Positions 28,901 through 39,700 of a stretch of DNA of 64,000 nucleotides are shown one piece after another. The notes beneath the pieces were generated by a model. The model did no database searches, had not been told where the DNA came from, and was given only the letters and a program-made list of their open reading frames with translations. Position numbers and translations under genes: made by a program. Origin of the DNA: the human T2T-CHM13v2.0 reference genome, Homo sapiens; NCBI RefSeq assembly GCF_009914755.1, contig NC_060926.1; one strand, 5' to 3'. Position 1 is the stretch's first letter. Every line of letters starts with the position of its first letter.

Positions 28901-31309
28901 TTGGACAGCACTGTATTTTCTCATTGTAAAAGCAGGCAGGATGGAGTAAAAAATAAAAGTCAAAACAATTTGAAAACAATATTTTGTGATGAACATAAAA
29001 CATTTTCTACAATCAGCATCCTTCATTTGATTGTCTTACTTTATTATCTGGTAAGTGCCAAAAGAAGACAAAGTGTAGATGTATTTTCCTTAGTTTACTT
29101 TTAGCTCCCTTTATTTCAAGCCTCACAGTCAATGTGTTCCCTGCCTTATGTTTCAAGGGGGCTCCAGGGTATTTTTTCTCCCATGTGATTACAAAAGCAG
29201 TTAGCCGTTTAGCCTAGCAGGGGGAATGAGAGGAAACGGAGAGGCCAAAAATTTTAAACTTTAGGCACTATATCTCCAATAACTGACAACATTTTATCTT
29301 AATTATGCTTTATAGTATTGGAATACTAAACAAAGAGGAACGACCTGCTTACTCTGTAGTCTGGAGCAGAATGAAATAGAACACGTAGGGCAGAACACAA
29401 CAAATGAGTTGTAAATGTCTGTGCACAAGGCTTGATCTTGGGGATGGAGGGAGGATATTTTTTAAGTTATTCAAACGCTGAGTTGCTTTCAAAGAGTTCT
29501 TCTCAGACATCAACAATGAACTCTTCAGATACCCTCATCCCAGACAGCCCTGAAGTCCAGTTTATAACAAGACCAATAACTCACTCCTTATCTCTAAAGC
29601 TACTTGTTCAATTCTCTTGACTTCAGGGCCAAAATGAGTTGTTTATTACTTATGGCAAGTATAAAAAAGGCCATCTCAACCTGTGGTCAGTTCCACGAAT
29701 GGCAACTTGTTTTCTGATAACTTGCATGCACATGGACAATAGCCAAATTTCCAAAAAGATTTAGGTACATCAATTGTATACCGATGGTCATTTAAAACCA
29801 TTTTTTCCAGCAATATTTTAGCATCTAATTTGATAAATCACTGCATTTGGAGGCTGTGGGGGTGTACAGAGACCTTCAGAAAGCAAACATAAACTGGAGG
29901 CTTGGCGGTTTGAAGATATTCAAGCAGAAAAGTCTAGCAAAGAAAAAGGGGGTTGTAATATGGATCAGTCTCCATGTAACCTTGAGCCAATCATCTAACT
30001 TCTCTGAAACACCAGTTTTCTCATTTTATGAAACAAGATTTTATTCAATAAACACTATAACTTAGTGAAAGACTGGATCTGGTATCCCGTAGGCTTGGAT
30101 GGATTGCTGGTACTAGTATTGGAGCTTTTGTTTCCCTGTTTGTTACAATTCGGATATTAGTGAGTACCCTACAGAGGAATAATGATTAAATTGTCTACTT
30201 AATTTACTCTTAAGTGTCTGACCACGTATAAGTGGTCAATACAGGCTGTTTTCATTTTTACTATTACTGATGGAACACACTGCATGACTAGCATTGGGAA
30301 AGAGGCCCAGAATACAAGGTTGTGCAGAATGCAAAGTCTATTCTCAAGGAATTCGCTTTGTAGGGAAGAGGTGGGGGGTTCAAATAGGAAGTATCAAATT
30401 CCTCATTGGGAAAGAAAAGAGGCTTCATAGAAAAGCTGCTGGAGCCCAGGCTTAAAGATGAGTAGCATTGGGGCCAGAACCAGATGTCTAAGAACTCTTT
30501 GAGGCTTAATGTTAGGAACTTTTGAAACTATTGGTCTGGAATGTTGTATATATGAAGTTCATTTTTTCAGCATCCAATATTCAGAACACATTCATTCATT
30601 AACTTTCCATCCAGAAATGTAATCATTAACTACTGCTGGAGCCTCCTTTCCCACAAAACCAAACAAAACTTGCTTAGCAATCCCAATTCTGAGGCTTGGA
30701 AAACACTTTTACATCCTACTCTCTGCTTGCATGTATGAACTCACATACATGAGTTGTGAGGTACTCCTCCTATATTCAGAAAATTGGAGGCCAATATCAT
30801 AGGCACAGCCAGGGAATGCACCGGCCAAAGCTCAGGCTTTTGGGTGGCATTTGACACCAAGCTCCTTTTAAATCGGGCATCAGCTCTGGGTCAGCAGCCT
30901 CACTCCAGTCAAAGAAGAGGAGCCAAACGTCGCAGGAGCAATTTCAAAGACGTCTGGGGAACGAAAAGGGTCTTCGATCCAAGGACCAGCCTAGGGGCCA
31001 TCGGGAACCAAGGCTCTGGGGGATCCCAGCAGGGCCCAGACGCCCGCCTCGGGCAATGTCGCTGCCTGCCCCGGGCCGCTCGCAGTGCCTGGGCCATACT
31101 GGGGTGCCCTGGGGTTTCTTCTCCATACCCAGACTCAGCTTCCCCGCTGGAGTCTGTCTTCCTGGAACACGGAACGCGGGCGGGCTGTGTTCTCAGTCAC
31201 AATCAGCTCGGATGAGCTGGGGGGCGCGGGCGCAAGCGGGCATCGGCACCTGGCAGAAAGCGCCGCGCCCCCCGCGGGTGCGCACACCTCCGCTCCCCGG
31301 GGCGGCGCG

Positions 31310-31475
31310 CGGTCGGGTGTGCGGGGTACGGGGCGGGGCGGAGCGGAGCAGAGCAAAGCGCACAGGAGGCCCGCCTCTGCTCCCCTCCCCCGCCGGCGAA
31401 GATTGACACAGCTCGAGCACCCGCCCCAACCAATGAGCGCGTCCTGGGGCGGGCCCTGGGACCGGCTGCTCCGGC
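31310..31475 (+). promoter_or_regulatory. TATA-less core promoter of LRATD1 (GC boxes plus CCAAT box)
   Basis: GGGGCGGGGCGG at 31330-31341, CCGCCC at 31421, CCAAT at 31430-31434, GGGGCGGG at 31446-31453. Confidence 0.75.
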
Positions 31476-31724
31476 TACTTAGAGTCGTCGGCGCGGCGGT
31501 GGGAAAGCAGAGCCGAGCCGGGACTGTCCAGTGGGAGCAGGCGCCCCGGCCAGCGCAGACCTGGAGGCGCACGGGCGCCGCACCGCACGATTCGGCTCGG
31601 GGTAGAGCGGAGCCGCAGCCCCACGCGCAGCCCAGGACCCACTCGCCACCGCCGCTTCCTCAGCACCCATGGGGACCAGGAGACTTTAAAGGAGTTTGGG
31701 GTTTCGGGAGCAGGGAAATCACGG
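31473..31724 (+). other. LRATD1: LRATD1 exon 1 (5' UTR; start approximate)
   Basis: Lies just downstream of the CCAAT/GC boxes and ends at donor CGG|GTAGGG (31724/31725). A second possible donor TGG|GTAGGA is at 31794/31795. The TSS cannot be fixed from sequence alone. Confidence 0.65.
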
Positions 31725-32730
31725 GTAGGGAGAAGCGGCTTTCTTTGCCTTGGAAACGGTTTTTCTTCATCCGATTGTTTGGATCCTGTGCTGGGTAGGA
31801 GGGAGAGGGGTCTTTGGGCTAAAAGTGAACCTCTCTACACACACACGCTCCCACCCACACCCACACACATACACTGCACTGGCTTTCTCCATCCTTCCCC
31901 TGCCTCTTTGTTAGGTTATTTTAGACAGAGCAGCCTCGCCCTGGCGCAGTCCCATTGGCCCTGATGGGGACAAGGCAAGAGAAGTAAGGGGCAGAGTGCA
32001 CCTGCCTGTGAGGGCAGGTGTGCCCGGGTGCTTGGGCGTACGTGCAACGGCGAGCGTGCAAGCGTGGAGCTGAAATTGTGTACGAATGTGTGGGGTCTAA
32101 GTGTGCCAGTGTGTCGTCGCGAAGGTTTGTCATTGTGGGTGTATGTGACATACACCAGTATACCAGGCTGCCAGTGTCTGGACTCCCAAGTGTCCAAAAT
32201 GTTGCTGGTGTCAAGTGAATGCCTGAGAATGTGTCTGATTGTCATTGTGCGAGCCGCTGTAAGGGGAGGAAGGCAACCTAGTGCAAAACTGGGAGGTGGG
32301 CTGGAGAGGGTGGGGACAGAAATGGGAGCTTGCTCCCAGCTCACTGGCCTTAGGCTCCCTTCTCCCTTTCAGCCCACCCCTCGGTCCTTCCTGGGTGTCC
32401 GTCTCCCACACTGCCACAGCCAGCACTCTCCTCCCCACCGGGACCCCGCAAGCTCTCCAGCCAGCCTGGGTGTTTTCTTCTGGGAGTTGGACCGAGTTCC
32501 CGGAAGGGGTCGGAGGCTGTGTGGTGGCGTCTGCTCTCGCCTGACCTGTGGCGGCTTCTCCGCCCCTCGTACCCCTGGGGAGGCACGGAGGACTCGGCTG
32601 GAAAGGGTGACTCCGGTGAGGGCACGTAAGCTAGCCGGCAGGTCCCAGGGGCACTGCACGTCTTGGGGAGGGACACCGAAAGGGGCAGCCCGGACTCTGA
32701 CGGTGTCTCTGCCTCTCTGTGCCTCCGCAG
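31725..32730 (+). other. LRATD1: LRATD1 intron 1
   Basis: GT at 31725; branch-like ctctgac (~32695-32701), pyrimidine tract 'tgtctctgcctctctgtgcctccgcag' ending at 32730. Confidence 0.7.
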
Positions 32731-32766
32731 ATCCCCGCTCCTGGCCCTCGCCTCGCCACCTCATTG

Positions 32767-33645
32767 ATGGGCAACCAACTGGACCGCATCACCCACCTCA
32801 ACTACAGCGAGTTGCCCACAGGGGACCCGTCGGGGATTGAAAAGGACGAACTGCGGGTCGGGGTTGCCTACTTCTTCTCGGATGATGAGGAAGACCTGGA
32901 CGAACGCGGGCAGCCCGACAAGTTTGGCGTGAAGGCCCCCCCGGGTTGCACCCCCTGCCCGGAGAGCCCCAGCCGCCACCACCACCACCTGCTGCACCAG
33001 CTGGTCCTCAACGAGACTCAGTTTTCCGCCTTTCGGGGCCAGGAATGCATCTTTTCCAAAGTGAGCGGTGGCCCTCAGGGCGCCGACCTAAGCGTCTACG
33101 CGGTCACCGCGCTGCCAGCGCTCTGCGAACCCGGCGACCTGCTGGAGCTGCTGTGGCTGCAGCCCGCGCCGGAGCCGCCCGCGCCCGCCCCGCACTGGGC
33201 CGTCTACGTGGGCGGCGGGCAGATCATCCACCTGCACCAAGGCGAGATCCGCCAGGACAGCCTGTATGAGGCGGGCGCGGCCAACGTGGGCCGGGTGGTG
33301 AATAGCTGGTACCGCTACCGCCCGCTGGTGGCCGAGCTGGTGGTGCAGAACGCCTGCGGCCACCTGGGCCTCAAGAGCGAGGAGATCTGCTGGACGAACT
33401 CGGAGAGCTTCGCCGCCTGGTGCCGCTTTGGCAAGCGGGAGTTCAAGGCGGGAGGGGAGGTGCCGGCAGGCACGCAGCCCCCGCAGCAGCAGTACTATCT
33501 CAAGGTGCACCTGGGAGAGAACAAGGTCCACACCGCCAGGTTTCACAGCCTGGAAGACCTCATCCGCGAGAAGCGCCGTATCGACGCCAGCGGCCGCCTG
33601 CGAGTGCTCCAGGAGCTCGCCGACCTCGTGGACGACAAGGAGTAG
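32767..33645 (+). CDS. LRATD1: LRAT domain-containing protein 1 (FAM84A/NSE1), 292 aa, intronless CDS
   Basis: ATG at 32767 gives MGNQLDRITHLNYSELPTGDPSGIEKDELRVGVAYFFSDDEEDL...HWAVYVGGGQIIHL...NSESFAAWCRFG...DLVDDKE*. I recognise this as FAM84A. It has the LRAT/HRASLS permuted NlpC/P60 motifs and strong GC3 codon bias. Confidence 0.97.
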   Translation: MGNQLDRITHLNYSELPTGDPSGIEKDELRVGVAYFFSDDEEDLDERGQPDKFGVKAPPGCTPCPESPSRHHHHLLHQLVLNETQFSAFRGQECIFSKVSGGPQGADLSVYAVTALPALCEPGDLLELLWLQPAPEPPAPAPHWAVYVGGGQIIHLHQGEIRQDSLYEAGAANVGRVVNSWYRYRPLVAELVVQNACGHLGLKSEEICWTNSESFAAWCRFGKREFKAGGEVPAGTQPPQQQYYLKVHLGENKVHTARFHSLEDLIREKRRIDASGRLRVLQELADLVDDKE

Positions 33646-36600
33646 CCGCCTAGGGGCTGCCGGCCCCTCTGCCTCCCCCGCACCTCGCTCCCTTCCCTTC
33701 CCCGCACCCGGACTTCGCAGTCAGCGGTTCTCAACCTCTGCCCCGCCCCGCCACGCGCGTCCGCCGCCGGTGGCCCGGGCCCGGGCTGCACCCCCGCATC
33801 CCCAAGCCAGCGGCAGGAAGTCTCAGGAACTGCCCCAGGGCCGAAAGGGCGCCGCTGCGAGCGCCTGGCTGACAGCCACAGCGGTGGTGACGGTGCTGGG
33901 AGACCCCGCGTGCGCTTTCCCCTTGAGATGTAAACCGGGAACGGGGAAGGGGCTGAGGGGAGAAAGGACATGGCCTTCCCCGCGAGTCCATGGCCAGTGA
34001 CTGTGGCCCGACTCGAAAACAACCCTCTTCTCAAAAGGGACCATCACCGCCCCGAGCGTGCGCACACAGACCGGTCGGAGGCGAGAACTGGTCTCTACAG
34101 GGCACAGTTCAGCTCCTCTGTGGATGCGTCCCCAGATCGCAGGATTTCCAAGAAATCGAGCCTGTCCCTTGTGCACTTGGGAATAATTCCCCAAGACAGC
34201 ACTTCGGGATTCCGGGTTATCCTGAGGCTGCCCGGGACTTTTCCAGCTCTCCAGCCCCAGGTCTCCTGACATTGTGTTCCAGGCTGCGGGCTAAGCCAGA
34301 CAGTGTTTGCCTCCGGTTCTTTCCACCGTGGGAAGCGAACGCCACCCCCACCCGCCTTTGCCTGCGAGTCTCCCTCGCTGGCAGAAGGGAAGCCGGCCCG
34401 GTCCCGGGAGGAAGATGGCGCTGCGAATTCGGTGAGGACAGCCGGCCCCGCCCCCGACAAGGAGCTCGCTCGTTCACCTGGTGTCTGGGAACTTGAATGT
34501 GTGAAGGGCGCTTATTGTTCTGAACCCTTGATTGCTCCCTCCTCGGGCTGCATTTCAAAAATAGTCATATTTTTAAAGGAGTTGGAGGAGAGGGAGGGGG
34601 AGGACATGGCACCATTCCAGAAACCAGCATTGTTACAACACCATAGCCAGTATATTTAGTTTGGCTTTTCCTAACATAGAAATCTTCAAAGCTGGGGAAG
34701 TGGAAATAAAGTTTTAAAAATGAGAGAGCAGTTTTCCAACTATGTCAACAAAGCCTATCGTGTTGATGTTTTTATTGACCATTTTAGCAACAGGCTAATA
34801 AAATTTCAAATTGAAATTTTTATTTTCATGGCTTTAATCCATGATAGTTTAAATACTGGGGGCCATTAAGAGTGGATGTAGCTAAGAGCTTAGCTAACAT
34901 TGCCTTTTCACTCTATTTTTCTCAGATATTGTAAGCATTCTGTTTTTCAATATTGTAGTTAATTTTTTGGCTTTCAACAGCAGCCCTAGTAATGGTGGAG
35001 TTGTTAATTAATGTGTATATTGTACTGAATTTCTGTCAGTTAAGGGGTTCACTGCTTTGGTGGAAATTGGTGGAAATTGCTAGCAGGTTCCACGATGTTT
35101 ATTTTTTTCTCCATGTTGTATATCATTACCATTTCACATACGCGTTTCTATTTTTCTTCCTCTCCTCCTGATCTCCTTAAAAATGAATCTAGAGTTGGTG
35201 GCTTTTTCCCCCTCCTCTTTGGCCAGTTCCACAGTTCAGTTCTTCCTGAAAACAGGGATGATGAACTTGTAGGATCAGGACAAATGTGTGTTTTTCAAAA
35301 ACTTAAGGCTGGGTGTGAAACACCTTCTGTGGACAAGGATTTGTAAACTTCTCTCCTCCCTCCAGCTGCGGCCCCAGCCTAACTGATAGTTACTTGATTC
35401 AGTGTGCTAGACACTTAAATAGCATCTATGTCTCTTTCAAGGGAATTTGTCAAATAATGCTGTTTAGCTAATTGTTGCAAGCAATTGCATATTAACAGCT
35501 GTGATTTTGTTGGACAGCAAGTATTATGGCCAAAGCCAGTTTCTTGGCATTTCAAAAATAATGCAATAAAAACTAGTTGAGGTTAGCTGAGGCTGGAAAT
35601 GCCTTTTTCATGGTAAATGATTCACTTCTATATTTTTCTTTCTTTTTCTTTTTTTTTCTTTGGTTTTCATCCTGGATTCATCCCCTGATCTTAAATCAAA
35701 ACGTCAGATCAATGAACTATGAACTAAAGTATTTTTCTTAAGCCTATTGAGTGATTTATTTTTTAAAAAATGTTTAAATGCATATGCTTTTCTTTCAGCA
35801 CAAACAACAGCAAAAACTTTTGTAATAACTAACTTACCTTTGCATGTATGAAGAACTGAGTCATTTATTTCCCTAACTTACTCCTCTTTCAAGTAACAGG
35901 TGGCAGATCATAAAATGAATTCTTTATTGTATCTACACACTCCACATTCTTTACTGTGTCCTACTACTGTATCTTGGCTCCCTGCTGTATTAAACACCAT
36001 CTTAAGCACTTGTTCCTGCAGGACTCCTTCTTGACATTTTGTCTCCCCCTTCAAAGTCACTCAAAGAGTGGGACTTCATCAAAAGAAATGAATTAGTCTC
36101 TATCACACCGAATACTAAGATTTATTTCCTCTGATGGTACATAGATTTCTCTCTCACTAAGAGGGTCACTCTCATAGAGGAATGTCTTGTCAGTTTTATA
36201 CTTGCTGAGGCTAGACTGACAATAAAAATGAGCTGGGCAGTTAAATTAGCATTTGTTACTATATTGGCCTATAAAGGATCAGGTTGATGATAATACCTCT
36301 AAAAATATGCAATAATAAAACAATAGTTATGAAAGAAACTTGAAAGGTTTGCAAGGTTTCTCCTATCCCTGTTAAAATTATCATTTATTATCTCTTTGTC
36401 AGTGTTAGTAAGGTAACCCATGACAGAATAATTTGAGTGATAGTTCATCATGCAGAGGATATGATCAAGATATTACCTAATGGTTTTATCCTGAAAAAGG
36501 TGTATACTTTTAGGGCACTGTTAACAATGCGAGTGAAACCAAGATGGTGCAAGTTCCCTTTGCAGATGGCGTGGGCACACTTGATTTTTATTATGAGTGA

Positions 36601-37739
36601 ATGTAATCTTTCTGTATTTTACCAGAGTTACAGCAATTACCTGAAAAGTTTCCTAACATTTTAATAATGTTAGGGATTTCGTTTTGGTTTTAGTTGTCCT
36701 CAAGAGACAACAGGTTCACAGTAATTTCCATGATGTTGGGTGTGGCTAAGCTGGGGATTGGTTCTGTTCCCCCTGCTCCCGTGTAGAGAAAAGCTATATT
36801 TATACTGCATTCTTTCTCAACTTTCAGGTAAAACAAACTATGATTTAAAAAAAGAAAAAAGAAAAGACAGGTACTTTTACTTCAAAGAGTGCTTTGCTAC
36901 ATTTTTATTTAAACCAAAAATCAAATAAAATAAGGAGGGGGGCTGGGTATACTTTAAACAAAACCAGTCCTGAAATGCTGTTATTCTCAAAGTACATTCC
37001 AAAAAAAAAAAAAAAAAAAAACTATAGAATTTACGTATGTTACATTTTTAAGTATGAGTTAAATTGATATAAAGTGTTCCTCAATATTTAATAATGTAAG
37101 CTGTTGTCATGACAGTATTTTTTAAAAATAATAACGTATATTATAGTTACGAAACACTTGTGCCAGATTAGAACATCAAGCACAGAAGCAGCTGTATGAT
37201 TTACCTGTTTTTTTGAAACTTTAATGTTTACCTTCCCCTATGTTTAATTTTTCTGTGGTGAACACTTTTGTTAGAACATGGCTTTTTTATTTTTCTTGGA
37301 AAAATATGCTATTAGTATTTACAAAATAATTAATTACCTGAATAAGCAGTATATACTAAAAGTCTTCAAACATTACTTTATTGATTACTTATGTTTTGTG
37401 GTGCGCTTTCAACATCCCTAAGAGTTAAATGTCTTAGTCATCTAATACATGGAACAGGGTCAAACTTCAATGAAATTAATACTTATTGCACAATCATAAT
37501 ATAGCAACCTAATTTTCTTTTATTTATAGGCATATCTTTAAAGCTTTCTTCTCTTTTTTGAACAAATGAAGAGAATCCAGTTAGTTTTTGCCTTTCAGAG
37601 GTGATTTGCCACGTGCACAAAGGGTCTGTAGGTGAAAAGACAGGCTTTTGGGTTTCTTGAAACATCAAAAACTGAATTTAGAGAATGGTTATCTAACACT
37701 CAAGTCAATGTTTTTTTTGAAATTACTAGCTATTGGTAT

Positions 37740-37914
37740 AATATACATATATGTACATGTATACATATACATACACACATATGTACATTTACACATATGT
37801 AAGTATACACTCATATACATATATACACATGTATATATACTTGTGTACACATACATTTTTGCCTATAGCTAGCAATTATTTCATTCAGATACACACACAC
37901 ACACACACACACAC
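37740..37914. repeat. (TA/CA/TG)n low-complexity tract and (CA)n microsatellite in the 3' UTR
   Basis: 'atatacatatatgtacatgtatacatatac...' and 'acacacacacacacacacacacaca' at ~37891-37915. Confidence 0.9.
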
Positions 37915-38805
37915 AGGCTACTTAAAATAGAGAGTGACTTGAGATATACAAAAACAGGAAGAAAAGCCCTGGAGGTCATATAGCTAATGTATAACTGCAC
38001 AGCAAGCAGCTATGTCTAAAGCTAACAATAAAAAGAAAATGTGGGAGTTGTGCAATTAGTTTTATTCTCATTTTTTGGAAGAATATGTTCCTGGTTTCTC
38101 TAACTAAAAGGAAAAAATTCAAAGGAAAGTTGTAAATATTAGGAAGTAACTGAAAAATAAGAAGCAAGATAAAGTGGGGAGGCTATGAGATCATATAATG
38201 AGCTAATAAACTTTTCAACAGGGGACACCTGTTCTCCCTTCTAACTGAAGACACTAAAGAGAAGCTAAGATCCTATCTTTCAATCATTTAGTAATTCATA
38301 AAATCCCATTATTTCATAACTCAAAGTTTACCTTTGAGGTTGTATGTTTACCTCATTTGAACTCGAAATAGAAGAGGTTTAAGTATTTGAATAAGTTGGG
38401 AAAAAAAGGAAAAATAGTCTTCCCTGCCCTTGTCACTGATGGTGACACTACTTGTAATTACTGTATTTTTTGGCAGAACACTCAGATGAACAGATTCCTA
38501 TGCTGTGGACTTTTATCATTCTTTTTGATGGCTGATAGTAGAAAGCACACAGTAGGTACTCCATAAATGTAAGACTATGGCAGCTGTCTAGTACAAGTGC
38601 TTCTCACTGATTCTTGGTTACCAGGAAAACCAGAAAGCCCGTCACTTGCCTTGCCTGCAAAGGCGAGCCTAAAGAAATTTCTCTAACCAAAATTGGCAGG
38701 TTCTTTCCACCACAAAAGGCTCTTGGAAATATAACTTATGGGGCTTAAGGCTAATTTGAGTTGAAGGGTATTTGTAATATTTGATTTGCTTTTAGCAGAG
38801 AAAAC

Positions 38806-38811
38806 AATAAA
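38806..38811 (+). terminator. Candidate distal polyadenylation signal
   Basis: AATAAA followed ~20-25 nt later by GU/U-rich 'tgttctcttgtcatttggt'. Confidence 0.55.
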
Positions 38812-39700
38812 AGAATCCAGGAAAAGTAGAAAATGTTCTCTTGTCATTTGGTCAGAAAGGGAAAAGCGAAGGGAAAAGCAAAATAGTTCCAACTGTAACT
38901 TTCACAACTTCATCTCTCATTCACCTCAAGGAGAGATTTTTCTCGCATGAAATCACAAGATTATTCCTTCAGAAGGAAGCTTATTGTAGCTCTTGCTAAA
39001 AATTTTCTTTGGTATATGGGAATAGATTTACTAGATGTACACTTAACTCTGGGAAAATTAGATTTGATGGAGTTTGGTCATGGGTGTTTTTCTAAATACA
39101 CATTACTCATTTATATATTAAAATAATTGCTATGCCTCTTGGCTTTTATAATCCAGTTCTTAATATGAACATGAGTTCTGAACTTTATTTTGTCCAAAGG
39201 ATAGATACTTATGAAATACTAGGTATGAATAGAGTCAGTGTCCTAAATTTCAAGCACAAAATGAATGCTTCAAAAGTTACTTTGAGCATCATTTAATGTT
39301 TCAAAAAATTGAAAAAGATCATATAAGGCTATTGCTTATATGTATCCTAAGGAAATTCTTGCCATCAATGGGTGATACAGACATTAATGTTCTATTTGAG
39401 AGCTTCTTTATTATAAGTACACTGACATTTACTTTAGCAAATAAGTTATTATTCTAAATTCAGTTATTTTCCCTGTGACAGCCCTGTGACATACCAGCTC
39501 TTTGCTCACTTCCAAGTCCACTGTAGATTTCAGATTCTGCAAGGGGGTGAGCAGATCTAGGGAGATCATACCCATGATGACTTTGTAAAACATCTCTCAA
39601 CTCCCAACAGCACACGCACTTTATTTCTTCCCACCTTTCACTTCTCAGTGCAAGTGTCTGCCCAGGGGGTCTGAGCTAGAGGGAGGCAAGGCTCAGAGGT

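Larger units (their letters stand above)
30920..34460. promoter_or_regulatory. CpG island covering the LRATD1 promoter, intron 1, whole CDS and proximal 3' UTR
   Basis: Abrupt rise in GC and CpG density relative to the CpG-depleted flanks. Confidence 0.92.
33646..38830 (+). other. LRATD1: LRATD1 long 3' UTR (end approximate)
   Basis: ~5.2 kb with no recognisable interspersed repeats, AU-rich, multiple AATAAA; repeats resume only after ~39.7 kb. Confidence 0.6.

Noticed and set aside
28715-30745. Exact 16-mer catgtatgaactcaca present at 28715 and 30730
   Set aside because: Both lie in MIR-like sequence, and about one exact 16-mer match is expected by chance in 64 kb
31659-31680. RE1/REST-like 'ctcagcacccatggggaccag' in exon 1
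   Set aside because: The left half-site matches, but the spacing and right half (GGACAG) do not fit the canonical RE1; too weak without ChIP data
32719-32766. 308-aa version of the LRATD1 ORF starting at GTG 32719
   Set aside because: The GTG lies inside the intron's polypyrimidine tract, upstream of the AG at 32729-32730; the first ATG is 32767
30784-34659. Many overlapping 100-270 aa ORFs on both strands (e.g. 31085-31798, 32028-32840, 33428-34000)
   Set aside because: Expected from stop-codon scarcity in a CpG island; mostly non-ATG starts, low-complexity Arg/Pro/Gly/Ala content, no recognisable domains
37001-37021. A21 tract suggesting a retrocopy tail or true mRNA end
   Set aside because: No flanking TSD or retroelement body, and the nearest AATAAA is ~70 nt upstream; the gene has an intron and CpG promoter, so it is not a processed pseudogene
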